Of a stretch of DNA of 64,000 nt, positions 49,232 to 58,019 are shown in pieces. The DNA is from Candidatus Dojkabacteria bacterium HGW-Dojkabacteria-1. GTDB lineage: Bacteria > Patescibacteriota > Dojkabacteria > SC72. A program made the translations under genes and the position numbers. The notes below the pieces were generated by a model. The model had not been told where the DNA came from and searched no databases. It saw nothing but the letters and a program-made list of their open reading frames with translations. Within the stretch, counting starts at the first letter, position 1. Every line of letters begins with the position of its first letter. The stretch covers positions 239,242 to 303,241 of the forward strand of contig PHAO01000001.1 in assembly GCA_002840365.1 (NCBI GenBank). The letters run 5' to 3'.

Positions 49232-49560
49232 GAATTCTTTTCAATTACATCAACAAAAGTCTCCTTATCCTGTAAACCAATCATTGTTTCTACCAATTCA
49301 CCATCTTTAAAAAGCATTACTGTTGGAATACTCATAATTCCATACTTAGCAGGGAACTCTCTCTCCTCATCTACATTCATCTTACAAACTTTAGCTTTCT
49401 CTTTAATCTCTTCTGCTAGTTCTTCAATGATAGGGCCTAACATTCTACATGGACCACACCATGGAGCCCAGAAATCTACTAATACTAATCCCTTTGCATC
49501 TAAAACTTCTTCTTGAAAGTTACTGTCTGTTACATGTACTAGAGCCATAATTGTAAACAC
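49228..49560 (-). CDS. trxA: thioredoxin
   Basis: WAPWCGPCR active site, 110 aa. Confidence 0.92.
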   Translation of the reverse strand: MFTIMALVHVTDSNFQEEVLDAKGLVLVDFWAPWCGPCRMLGPIIEELAEEIKEKAKVCKMNVDEEREFPAKYGIMSIPTVMLFKDGELVETMIGLQDKETFVDVIEKNS

Positions 49561-49612
49561 TTAATTTAGCTTTGTAATAGGCAATTCTGCATATTCCTAG
49601 TATAATTATACC

Positions 49613-50704
49613 ATGAAAAGATTTAGATTAACTAACAATAACTGGGACGAAGCAATTAAAGAAGCAGTAAAGGTACTAAATGAAGGTGGGCTTGTAGTAT
49701 ATCCTACAGAAACCTGTTATGGTATTGCTGTAGATGCTACTAATGAGAGAGCATTAAGTAAGCTTCTCTCATACAAAACATTCAGAGGTTCCAAACCTAT
49801 CTCAGTAGCTGTAGCTAATAGAGAGATGGCAGAAAGGTATGTAGAAATAAATGAAATGGCAGAAAATATATACAAGAACTACTTACCAGGACCAATAACT
49901 GTGGTATCAATGAGTAAAGGAGTTCTTAAACCACCAGTTGTTTCTAAGCAAGATTCTACCGGTATTAGAATACCAGATTACAAATTTACACTTAAGTTGA
50001 TTGAATCTTTTGGAAGACCAATTACTGCGACCTCTGCAAATGTATCTTACAAACCACATCCATACAGTATTGATCAATTGATAAAGGATTTACCTAAGAA
50101 AAGTGAATCCCTTATTGATCTATTCTTAGATGATGGAGAACTACCAAAAAATGTACCATCTACAATATTAGATACCACTATGAATACTCTTACTGTACTA
50201 AGGGAAGGAAAGCTAAAATTTGAAGATGCAATTTTACAAAGTACTCTTTTGGAAGAGAAAATAACTAAGAAACCTGAACATACAAGTGATATGGGAGAGT
50301 CCTTTACTAAGGAATACCTAAAGGATTTAGAAGGTAGTGTTGTAATTGCATTAAGTGGAGAGCTAGGTGCTGGTAAAACTCAATTCACAAAAGGTATTGG
50401 AGTAGGACTTGGGGTAGAAGAGCTAGTTAATTCACCTACATATACAATCATAAATGAGTATGAATATGGTAGTAAGGTATTAGCACATATGGACACATGG
50501 AGACTCATGGATGAGGATGATTTAAACAGGTCTGGACTAATTGAGCATTTGGAGAAGGGTAACATTGTAGTAATAGAGTGGGCAGACAAATTCTACCAAG
50601 AGCTGGAAGGGATATGTCGCCAAAAAAACATCCCTATGTACAAAGTAACATTTAAATATATTTCACTTAAAGAAAGAGAGATAAAGATATATGGTACTAA
50701 CTAA
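49613..50704 (+). CDS. fusion of TsaC/Sua5 (YrdC domain, threonylcarbamoyl-AMP synthase) with the TsaE (YjeE) P-loop ATPase
   Basis: N-terminal VVYPTETCYGIAVDATNERA (YrdC); C-terminal ALSGELGAGKTQFTKGI (TsaE Walker A). Confidence 0.75.
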   Translation: MKRFRLTNNNWDEAIKEAVKVLNEGGLVVYPTETCYGIAVDATNERALSKLLSYKTFRGSKPISVAVANREMAERYVEINEMAENIYKNYLPGPITVVSMSKGVLKPPVVSKQDSTGIRIPDYKFTLKLIESFGRPITATSANVSYKPHPYSIDQLIKDLPKKSESLIDLFLDDGELPKNVPSTILDTTMNTLTVLREGKLKFEDAILQSTLLEEKITKKPEHTSDMGESFTKEYLKDLEGSVVIALSGELGAGKTQFTKGIGVGLGVEELVNSPTYTIINEYEYGSKVLAHMDTWRLMDEDDLNRSGLIEHLEKGNIVVIEWADKFYQELEGICRQKNIPMYKVTFKYISLKEREIKIYGTN

Positions 50705-51779
50705 GGAAATATTAAAAGAGAAACCATTAATACTTGCAATAGATACAAGTTGCGATGATACCTCTGTTGCACTACTTAGAGGGAGAGAGGTATTAAATAG
50801 TGAGCTTTCATCTCAGATAGAGTTACATTCTGAATTTGGGGGTGTAGTTCCTGATTTAGCAAGGAGATTACATGAGGAGAATATTGAAGAGGTTTACAAC
50901 AAAGCATTAAACAACAATCCAGGGATGATAAATAATGTGGATTACATAGCTGTAACAACTGGTCCTGGATTAGCCATAGACTTAGAAGTAGGTCTTAAGT
51001 TCGCAAAGGATTTGGCAGATAGGTATAACAAGCCTTTTGTTCCTGTTAATCATATGGAAGGGCATCTTTTTTCATCTTTACTTCTTAATTCAAAAGGTAA
51101 TGGGTTAGTAAGTGATGAGGAATTAGTAGATGCATTTCCTGCAATTGCCCTCCTTATGTCCGGAAAGCATACCGAGATAGTGTATGTAGAGAGTATTGGG
51201 GAGTACAAGAAGCTTGGTCAAACATTAGATGATGCAGCAGGAGAGGCGTTTGATAAAGTGGGTAGAGTTTTAAACTTAGGATATCCTGGTGGTCCTGTTG
51301 TAACAGAGTTTGCAAAGAGAGGAAAAAGTGGAGTAATTAAGTTTACTACTCCAATGAAGAACTCTGGAGATTTAAACTTCAGCTATTCAGGTCTTAAAAC
51401 TGCAGCATTGTACAAGTCAAAAGAATTAAGAGAAAAGGGTATTCCTGAGAGAGAATGGATATATGATTTCTGTAGAGGATTTTTAGATGCTGTAGTTGAT
51501 TCTGTAGTTATTAAATTGCAGTTAGCTATAGAGAAACATCCAGAGGTAAAAACTGTATTTGTAGGAGGAGGAGTGTTTAATAGTGAAGAGATACTTAGAA
51601 AGGTTGGTAATACTGTTAGGTCTTACAATCTTAATTACTACTTTCCAGAGATAGAGTACAGAAGTGATAACGCAGCTATGATTGGTGTTAGTGCATATTT
51701 AAATATACTTCAGGGGAAGTATATTACAGACAAAGATGAGATAGAGGAGATTGATAGAGATCCTAGACTTTCACTTTGA
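50691..51779 (+). CDS. tsaD: tRNA N6-adenosine threonylcarbamoyltransferase TsaD (Kae1/Gcp family)
   Basis: LAIDTSCDDTSVAL N-terminal motif and PVNHMEGHLF metal-binding motif. Confidence 0.85.
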   Translation: MVLTKEILKEKPLILAIDTSCDDTSVALLRGREVLNSELSSQIELHSEFGGVVPDLARRLHEENIEEVYNKALNNNPGMINNVDYIAVTTGPGLAIDLEVGLKFAKDLADRYNKPFVPVNHMEGHLFSSLLLNSKGNGLVSDEELVDAFPAIALLMSGKHTEIVYVESIGEYKKLGQTLDDAAGEAFDKVGRVLNLGYPGGPVVTEFAKRGKSGVIKFTTPMKNSGDLNFSYSGLKTAALYKSKELREKGIPEREWIYDFCRGFLDAVVDSVVIKLQLAIEKHPEVKTVFVGGGVFNSEEILRKVGNTVRSYNLNYYFPEIEYRSDNAAMIGVSAYLNILQGKYITDKDEIEEIDRDPRLSL

Positions 51780-51823
51780 CATTTTCAGAAGTAATAGAGT
51801 ATAATCCGAAGTCTTTTTTAAGG

Positions 51824-51896
51824 GCGCTGGTGGGGAAGTTGGTATCCCGTTGGATTTTAAATCCAAAGCTCGAAGGTTCAAGTCCTTCCCAGCGCG
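51824..51896 (+). tRNA. canonical 73-nt tRNA cloverleaf with anticodon TTA (reads UAA/UAG); suppressor-type tRNA with Gln-like features (discriminator G73, UUUUAAA loop)
   Basis: Acceptor GCGCTGG/CCAGCGC, D-arm GGGA-AGTTGGTA-TCCC, anticodon stem TTGGA/TCCAA with loop TTTTAAA, variable AGCTC, T-arm GAAGG-TTCAAGT-CCTTC; all arm lengths canonical. Confidence 0.55.
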
Positions 51897-51903
51897 CCTT
51901 AAG

Positions 51904-51961
51904 CAGTAGGGGTACATAGAGTGAGGTTTTCCTCCTTGTCCTCCTCAGTACCTCTACTGCT
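51904..51961. terminator. 13-bp stem hairpin (GCAGTAGGGGTAC ... GTACCTCTACTGC, one G-U pair, 32-nt loop) between the suppressor-type tRNA and the convergent eno gene
   Basis: Inverted repeat read from the sequence; the loop is long for a classical intrinsic terminator. Confidence 0.35.
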
Positions 51962-51963
51962 TT

Positions 51964-53241
51964 CTATTTCCCAAGACTGTTTTCAATGATTAGGAGTCTA
52001 TTGTATTTTGCTAACCGTTCGCCTCTATCTGGACCTCCAAATTTGGATTGTTGAGCTGGTGTACCTACAACTAGGTCTGCAATAAAGTCATCATTAGTTT
52101 CTCCACCTCTGTGTGATATTACTGCATTCATTCCGTTGTCTACGGTCATCTTTATAGCTTCCAATGTTTCTGTTACTGTTCCAATTTGATTTAGTTTAAT
52201 TAGAACGGCATTAATTGCTTTTTCTTGTATACCCTTTTGAATAAGTTTGGTATTTGTAACAAGTAAATCATCTCCAACAACTTGAAGTTTGCTTCCTAAC
52301 TCTTGTGTGAGTGTAGTCCAGCTTTCCCAGCTATCTTGCTCAAACATATCCTCTGTTGAATATATTGGATACTGTGAATACCATTCCTTTTGTATCTCAT
52401 ACCACTCCTGTGGTGAAAGAGATTTGTTTTCTTTCTTTAAATCATATTTTCCACTTTCTTTGTTGAAGAACTCCGATGCTGCAAAGTCTAGTGCTATTTC
52501 AAACTGCTCTCCTGGTTTGTATCCTGCTCTTTTAATACCTTCCAAAATAATATCTAATGATTCTTTGTTACCACTTAGTTCTTTAGGTATGTATGCCCCC
52601 TCAAATCCTACACCTACAGAGTATCCTTTCTCATCTAATACATCGTGAAGTGCATGGAATATTTCGCTCCCTGCTCTAAGTTGTTCTTTGAAGTTAGGAA
52701 AGACACCTTCCTTTGGAACTACCATGTACTCCTGTATATCTGTAGACCAATTACCATGTTTTCCACCTTCCATTACAAGTATTTGAGGTCTTGGTAGTTT
52801 AAATTTTTCTACTGAGTACTCTTTCTCCCAATATATCATTCCAATATATTCATACAGCTCTATACCAACTCTTTTTGCTACTGCTTTGCAAAATGCCATA
52901 GAGCAAGACAGTATTGAATTGCCTCCTAGTTTAGATTTATTCTCTGTTCCATCTAATTCTCTAAGAAAATCATCAAACTGTTTTTGTGATTCAAACTCTT
53001 TGTCTATGACTGCATTCTTTATAGTTGTGTTTACAATCTCTACTGCTTTAAGTACACCTTTACCATTGTATCTAGCCTTATCTCCATCTCTTAGTTCAAG
53101 TACTTCATTTACTCCAGTTGAAGCTCCACTTGGTACTTCTCCTCTTGCTTTATCTCCACTCCATAGCTCTATTTCTGTTGATATTGTTGGTATTCCTCTA
53201 GAGTCTAATATTTCTATTGCGTGTACATTCTTTATTTTCAT
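51964..53241 (-). CDS. eno: enolase (phosphopyruvate hydratase)
   Basis: Full-length match to the enolase pattern (IEILDSRG ... SHRSGETED-like HRGGETNDDFIADL ... ). Confidence 0.95.
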   Translation of the reverse strand: MKIKNVHAIEILDSRGIPTISTEIELWSGDKARGEVPSGASTGVNEVLELRDGDKARYNGKGVLKAVEIVNTTIKNAVIDKEFESQKQFDDFLRELDGTENKSKLGGNSILSCSMAFCKAVAKRVGIELYEYIGMIYWEKEYSVEKFKLPRPQILVMEGGKHGNWSTDIQEYMVVPKEGVFPNFKEQLRAGSEIFHALHDVLDEKGYSVGVGFEGAYIPKELSGNKESLDIILEGIKRAGYKPGEQFEIALDFAASEFFNKESGKYDLKKENKSLSPQEWYEIQKEWYSQYPIYSTEDMFEQDSWESWTTLTQELGSKLQVVGDDLLVTNTKLIQKGIQEKAINAVLIKLNQIGTVTETLEAIKMTVDNGMNAVISHRGGETNDDFIADLVVGTPAQQSKFGGPDRGERLAKYNRLLIIENSLGK

Positions 53242-53359
53242 TTCATTTCTCTTAGCAATTTATTACTTGATTGTTGCACAAAGTAGTTTAGTAGGCAAGA
53301 AAAACCCATAGTAGGTGTTTAGATGGTATAATACGGGACTAAAATATTATGATTTCTAA

Positions 53360-53851
53360 ATGGGAGACAAAAAAGATTTACCAGCATTGATAAAGGAATG
53401 GTTTGAGCCAGATACATCTCCTACAGAAGAGATTGTGGTTGAGGTACAAGATGTAATCTTGGAAGAATTAGAGTATGAGAGTGTAAGTCAGGATGTATCG
53501 GAAGAATTACAAATGGTTGGAATAGATTCGGTAGTAGAGGAGACGGTTGGGAACGATCCTTCTGCTTTAGATTTTCTTAAGGAGAAATTTCCTTCTCTTT
53601 TGGGTAATTGTAATTCTTGGAAAGATGTATTTAAGGAGGCAGCTAGAATATCTAGAGAGGTACACAAAGAATACTTCTTTATACAGGTATTCGCATCAGG
53701 CGTCATCCTAACATATATGGCTACAAATCCATTCCTTAAATCTTTAGGTCCTGTATTAGCATCTGTGGGTTACAGAAACAGTAGTGTAATACAAAGGGGA
53801 GTATCAGAAGAGGATGTTAGAAAAGTTCTTGGAGGTAGTTCTAAAAAGTAG
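53360..53851 (+). CDS. hypothetical protein
   Basis: 163-aa ORF, acidic N-terminal half. Confidence 0.35.
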   Translation: MGDKKDLPALIKEWFEPDTSPTEEIVVEVQDVILEELEYESVSQDVSEELQMVGIDSVVEETVGNDPSALDFLKEKFPSLLGNCNSWKDVFKEAARISREVHKEYFFIQVFASGVILTYMATNPFLKSLGPVLASVGYRNSSVIQRGVSEEDVRKVLGGSSKK

Positions 53852-53878
53852 AAGAATTTGTTAGAATATCGACATCAA

Positions 53879-53964
53879 GCCGAGGTGGTGGAATTGGCAG
53901 ACACGCTACCTTGAGGTGGTAGTGGGAGTAAAATCCTGTGCAGGTTCAAGTCCTGTTCTCGGCA
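53879..53964 (+). tRNA. tRNA-Leu (anticodon GAG), long variable arm
   Basis: GCCGAGGTGGTGGAATTGGCAGACACGCTACCTTGAGGTGGTAG ... GGTTCAAGTCC ... TCTCGGCA; nearly identical 5' half to E. coli tRNA-Leu(GAG). Confidence 0.9.
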
Positions 53965-53995
53965 GAGTATTTATGGTGTATAATACACACGTTTA

Positions 53996-54072
53996 GGGCG
54001 ATTAGCTCAGCTGGCTAGAGCATCTCGTTTACACCGAGAGGGTCGTAGGTTCGAATCCTACATCGCCCACCA
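53996..54072 (+). tRNA. tRNA-Val (anticodon TAC), CCA encoded
   Basis: GGGCGAT-TA-GCTCAGCTGGCTAGAGC-A-TCTCG-TTTACAC-CGAGA ... GTAGGTTCGAATCCTAC-ATCGCCC-ACCA. Confidence 0.9.
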
Positions 54073-54226
54073 TTCCATAGGGTGTTATTTTGTTTAACTC
54101 ATCTCTCAATATTCCTGCTTATATTACATCGAGTAGTAAAATTTCCTCAGTTACTGAAATATTTCTTGTTAATGACAACTATAAGTTATATAATCCAATA
54201 TCTCAAACCGAAAGGAGGTGAGGTAA

Positions 54227-54322
54227 ATGTTTGCAGTGAAGTATTTCACTCAGGTCGAGTCAACTGATGCTAACGCAACTAGCACAGTAGACAAATCGAG
54301 CGGGCAGACTGACTTCGATTAG
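54227..54322 (+). CDS. unannotated 31-aa peptide MFAVKYFTQVESTDANATSTVDKSSGQTDFD; candidate graspetide (microviridin-like RiPP) precursor
   Basis: RBS AAAGGAGG 9 nt upstream; leader FAVKYF resembles the microviridin PFFARFL recognition motif; core rich in Thr/Ser donors and Asp/Glu/Lys acceptors; 104 nt upstream of an ATP-grasp gene; GC-rich. Confidence 0.55.
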   Translation: MFAVKYFTQVESTDANATSTVDKSSGQTDFD

Positions 54323-54426
54323 TCGTCACCGGCAAGCAAGAAGGGGATGTGGAGATCCACAATGCATTATTATGGCCGACACCTCTCTACATCCCCCTAG
54401 CTCTTTCAAGCATTTAAGGAGAAATC

Positions 54427-55362
54427 ATGAGCGCAATACTAGTAGTAACCACATTGCCAGACCCCCACGTAGAAATGGTAAAAAAGCATCTCAGTTCTGA
54501 TGCGAATGTAGTCATATTTGATCCAAAGACTCTGGCGTTGTCCGGTGGCTTTACGCTTTCAGACGCAGGGCTTTTATCCACTCTTGATGGGGTTAATCCG
54601 ACCTCAATTTGGTATCGGAAGCCAAAGTATGTTTCTGATGCTGAGCTAGAGAAAATGGGAATCCCGAAAGATTTAATCTCTGCAATTTCATCTCTACATG
54701 AGGAGGGATTCTCACTAATTAGCGAGGCATATCCTGAAAGTCTTTGGGTATCAAAACCAACTGCAATCAAAAGTGCTTCAAACAAGCTTTTGCAAACTTT
54801 GATTGCAAAGAAGATTGGATTCCGTGTTCCGGAGACAATCTTTTCGACGGATCCGGTGGCAATAGAGGGCTTACGAAGCAGGGTGGGAGACATTGTGATT
54901 AAGCCATTGGGAAGGCCGTTTGCAACTGTAAATGGTATACCTTCCTGGTTTTTTGCTACTGTTATCCCTTCCTCTCAGACAATGGATTATGAAGGTCTAG
55001 GGTTAACTCCTATGATTTTTCAGCAGTTAATCCATAAGCTGTTTGACTTAAGAGTAACTATCATCGGTAACAAGATATTTGGATGTAAAATAGTTTCAGA
55101 TCAAGTTGATTGGCGAACTGTACAGTCAAAACCTGATACTCTATATACACCCTTCGAACTTGATAGAAATATCATCGAGAAATGTTTACTCATGAATCAG
55201 CAACTTGGTCTGAACTTCGGGGCCTACGACTTCGCTTATTCCAAGGAGGGGGAATATGTTTTTTTAGAGATAAATCCTAACGGACAGTGGGGATTTGTTG
55301 AAGACAAAACGGGATTACCCTTATCCAAGACAATGGCGGAATTACTGACCGGTTCTCTTTAA
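54427..55362 (+). CDS. ATP-grasp ligase, candidate graspetide (omega-ester/amide) macrocyclase
   Basis: 311 aa, the size of RiPP ATP-grasp maturases; EYVFLEINPNGQWGF ATP-grasp C-terminal motif; GC-rich relative to the host; RBS AAGGAG. Confidence 0.65.
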   Translation: MSAILVVTTLPDPHVEMVKKHLSSDANVVIFDPKTLALSGGFTLSDAGLLSTLDGVNPTSIWYRKPKYVSDAELEKMGIPKDLISAISSLHEEGFSLISEAYPESLWVSKPTAIKSASNKLLQTLIAKKIGFRVPETIFSTDPVAIEGLRSRVGDIVIKPLGRPFATVNGIPSWFFATVIPSSQTMDYEGLGLTPMIFQQLIHKLFDLRVTIIGNKIFGCKIVSDQVDWRTVQSKPDTLYTPFELDRNIIEKCLLMNQQLGLNFGAYDFAYSKEGEYVFLEINPNGQWGFVEDKTGLPLSKTMAELLTGSL

Positions 55363-55364
55363 AT

Positions 55365-55949
55365 GTGCTGGGGGAAAGCTTTTGGTATAATACTCCAATG
55401 AAACAAAGCTATCCCCCAGTCACAACTGCGACGAAAAAAATCGCAAAAAGATTAATTGAAATGGCAAAGCAAGACCAATTGGTTCGCGATAAATATTTAT
55501 CAAAAAGTGGAAAAAAATATTTAGATCAGATGTCGAAGGTTGATGAAATGAATAGAAAAGAGTTTAAAAGAATTTTCAAACAAACAGGGTTAATTACTTC
55601 TGAATATGGTGAAGAAGCTCAAATGGCGGCCTTTTTAATTGTTCAACATATGCCAAGAGAAGAAGTTGAATTGATGAAAGAATATCTTTCATTAATGAGA
55701 AAGAATATGACGGGTTACCCTCCAAATATATATGCAATGTTAACCGATAGAGTAAGAAATTGGGAAGGAAAGAAACAGTTGTATGGAACTCAATTTGTAT
55801 CGGTAGAAGGAAAAGAGAATATATACAAAATGAAGGATATATATAAACCGAAAGAGGTAGATAAAAGAAGGCTTGAGATAGGTTTGGAACCTTTAGAAGT
55901 GTATATGGATAATCTAGCGAAAGAGAAGGGGGTAACTTTAATTTCTTAA
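55365..55949 (+). CDS. hypothetical protein directly downstream of the ATP-grasp gene (3-nt gap); possible accessory of the peptide locus
   Basis: 194-aa ORF; composition closer to the host than the two upstream genes. Confidence 0.4.
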   Translation: MLGESFWYNTPMKQSYPPVTTATKKIAKRLIEMAKQDQLVRDKYLSKSGKKYLDQMSKVDEMNRKEFKRIFKQTGLITSEYGEEAQMAAFLIVQHMPREEVELMKEYLSLMRKNMTGYPPNIYAMLTDRVRNWEGKKQLYGTQFVSVEGKENIYKMKDIYKPKEVDKRRLEIGLEPLEVYMDNLAKEKGVTLIS

Positions 55950-56030
55950 GCAAGTAATTTCTAAGGTATGTTTCTGATACAATTGTAGTTTTATTAATAC
56001 ATCCTACTATTTTAGTTTATACATTTCCCT

Positions 56031-56441
56031 ATGGCTGATATTAAAGATGACATTGAAAAAGGTGATGATTATATATGGGAATGGGCTGAACCAGGGCGTA
56101 TTGATGGTACTAGCCTCATTATCCTTAACGAAAATCTTGCAGCGGCAATGGGTATCGCGAATAGTGTTTTTCCAGTTCTAGAGGGTAAAGAATCTGAGAA
56201 TTTAAACAAATTTGTTCGTAAATTCTATCAAGAAAATATTTTAGAAATAGAGAATTTAGATTTACTTGTACAGAACCTTTTTCTTCTTCGATCTATTGAT
56301 TTACAAATGAGAGAGACAAAGGAATTGTTAAAAAGAGAAATAATGCTCAACTGTGCTCAGGTTGCTCTTACAGACATATTGCTATTAATAGCTGATAATC
56401 CAAGTCTTTTTGCTGAGATAGATAATAGAATGAAATATTAG
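56031..56441 (+). CDS. hypothetical protein
   Basis: 136-aa ORF. Confidence 0.35.
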   Translation: MADIKDDIEKGDDYIWEWAEPGRIDGTSLIILNENLAAAMGIANSVFPVLEGKESENLNKFVRKFYQENILEIENLDLLVQNLFLLRSIDLQMRETKELLKREIMLNCAQVALTDILLLIADNPSLFAEIDNRMKY

Positions 56442-56522
56442 TTTTGACTCATTTAGTATATCTGTGTATATTTTAATAATATCTGTCTTACCAGATAGTA
56501 TAAATTTATACATAGATAATAT

Positions 56523-57959
56523 ATGGATTCCAGTTTTACAAGTTTTCTTACCATTTCATATCAGGAATTAGAAAAATTAAATCTAAAGGCTAAGAAAAAA
56601 AGAAAGAATAGGGCATTAGTTAATGAAAAAGCTTTAGAAAAAGAGTATAGGGAATATTTAGAAAAAACAGAAAGTATAAAGGCAGTAACAGTAGCATTCT
56701 CAGATTTGGAAGGAAGGTTTCATATGCTTGACTATGACAAAAAATTTTTACTTGAATCAAGTAATAACTTAACATTTGATGGTTCTTCTGTTAGAGGGTT
56801 TAGTAGTGTAGATGAATCTGATTTAAGATTAAGATTAGATTGGGCCTCTTTTTACTGGTTACCTGCAGATATATTTGGAGCAGGAAAGGTGGCAATATTT
56901 GCAGATATCTGTACTAGAGAAGGAGAAATTCATTCTTCGGATTTCAGAGCAAGATTAAAAGTATTGCTAAAGGATCTTTACAAGAAGAAAATGGAAATAA
57001 ATGTAGGAAATGAATTAGAAGGGTTTCTTTTTGAAGGTGTTGATGCAGAGATGCACTTCAGAGAAAGTAAAGGTTTTAAATTGGTATCTTTGGGTGGTTA
57101 CTACCACTCTTTACCAAAAGACAAACTAAGACTCTTTATCGATTCTGTTGCAGAGGCACAAAGGGCTCTGGGTTTTGAGAATGAGAAAGATCATCCAGAG
57201 GTAGCTCCATCTCAGTTTGAGCTAAATTACAAGTATACAGATGCTATCAATGCAGCAGATCAGATTCAGCTTTACAAAATGATAGCAAGACAAATTGCTG
57301 AGAATATGGGATGTACAGCATGTTTTCTCCCTAAGCCTTTGACTAATATCAATGGTAGTGGAATGCATACCAATATTTCAATATTAAAGAATGGCAAGAA
57401 TTCCTTCTATACGAAAAATGGTATAGAGACCCTTTCTAAATTTGCAAAAGATTTCATAGATAGGGTATTGGCAAATGCAACAGATATTTGTTTAGTATTA
57501 AATTCAAGTGTTAATTCATACAGAAGGTTAGATCCTAATTTTGAAGCACCTAATCAGATTAAGTGTTCTGCTGTCGATAGATCTGCAATGATTAGAATAC
57601 CTACTGGGAATGAAAACTCTACTCGTATTGAAGTAAGATCTGTTGGTTCTGATACTAATCCATATCTTTTAACATATACCTTGTTGAAGATTGGGTTGGA
57701 AGGCCCTAAAACAGAGATAGACGAATCTAAGAGACAAAGAACTAGAGTATTGCCTGGTAATATCCATGATTCTCTTAGAATCTTTAAGGCAAGTGATTTA
57801 ATGACAGAAGTCCTTGGTGAAGATGCAAAAGAAAGATATGCAAATCTTAAAGAGAAGGTTGCAGACAGGGCTCACAAGGAATTAGGTAAGAGTATAAAGA
57901 AGTCTGAGGTTATATATCATCACGAAATAACTAATCAGTATCTTTGGAATCAGTTTTAA
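56523..57959 (+). CDS. glutamine synthetase-family protein (GlnA-like; gamma-glutamyl ligase)
   Basis: N-terminal beta-grasp FDGSSVRGF; ATP-binding KPLTNINGSGMHTNIS motif (KP..G.NGSG.H.N.S). Confidence 0.8.
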   Translation: MDSSFTSFLTISYQELEKLNLKAKKKRKNRALVNEKALEKEYREYLEKTESIKAVTVAFSDLEGRFHMLDYDKKFLLESSNNLTFDGSSVRGFSSVDESDLRLRLDWASFYWLPADIFGAGKVAIFADICTREGEIHSSDFRARLKVLLKDLYKKKMEINVGNELEGFLFEGVDAEMHFRESKGFKLVSLGGYYHSLPKDKLRLFIDSVAEAQRALGFENEKDHPEVAPSQFELNYKYTDAINAADQIQLYKMIARQIAENMGCTACFLPKPLTNINGSGMHTNISILKNGKNSFYTKNGIETLSKFAKDFIDRVLANATDICLVLNSSVNSYRRLDPNFEAPNQIKCSAVDRSAMIRIPTGNENSTRIEVRSVGSDTNPYLLTYTLLKIGLEGPKTEIDESKRQRTRVLPGNIHDSLRIFKASDLMTEVLGEDAKERYANLKEKVADRAHKELGKSIKKSEVIYHHEITNQYLWNQF

Positions 57960-58019
57960 ATTGATTAAAAATGTTTTCTGTAATATATTCTTAGGGTATA
58001 TAACCTGAGAGCTAAATAC

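Noticed and set aside
51850-51866. Perfect palindrome TTGGATTT-T-AAATCCAA inside the UUA tRNA, which could fold as an 8-bp stem with a 1-nt loop
   Set aside because: A 1-nt loop is sterically impossible. In the tRNA context the standard 5-bp stem with 7-nt loop register is the only sensible fold and gives canonical overall geometry.
54082-54267. 61-aa ORF from the ORF track overlapping the region just after tRNA-Val and the start of the peptide ORF
   Set aside because: Different frame from the RBS-preceded 31-aa peptide ORF. Hydrophobic, low-complexity translation with no RBS, so probably spurious.
54414-54893. 159-aa minus-strand ORF
   Set aside because: Lies entirely antisense within the ATP-grasp gene, which has clear motifs and an RBS. 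This is an antisense shadow ORF.
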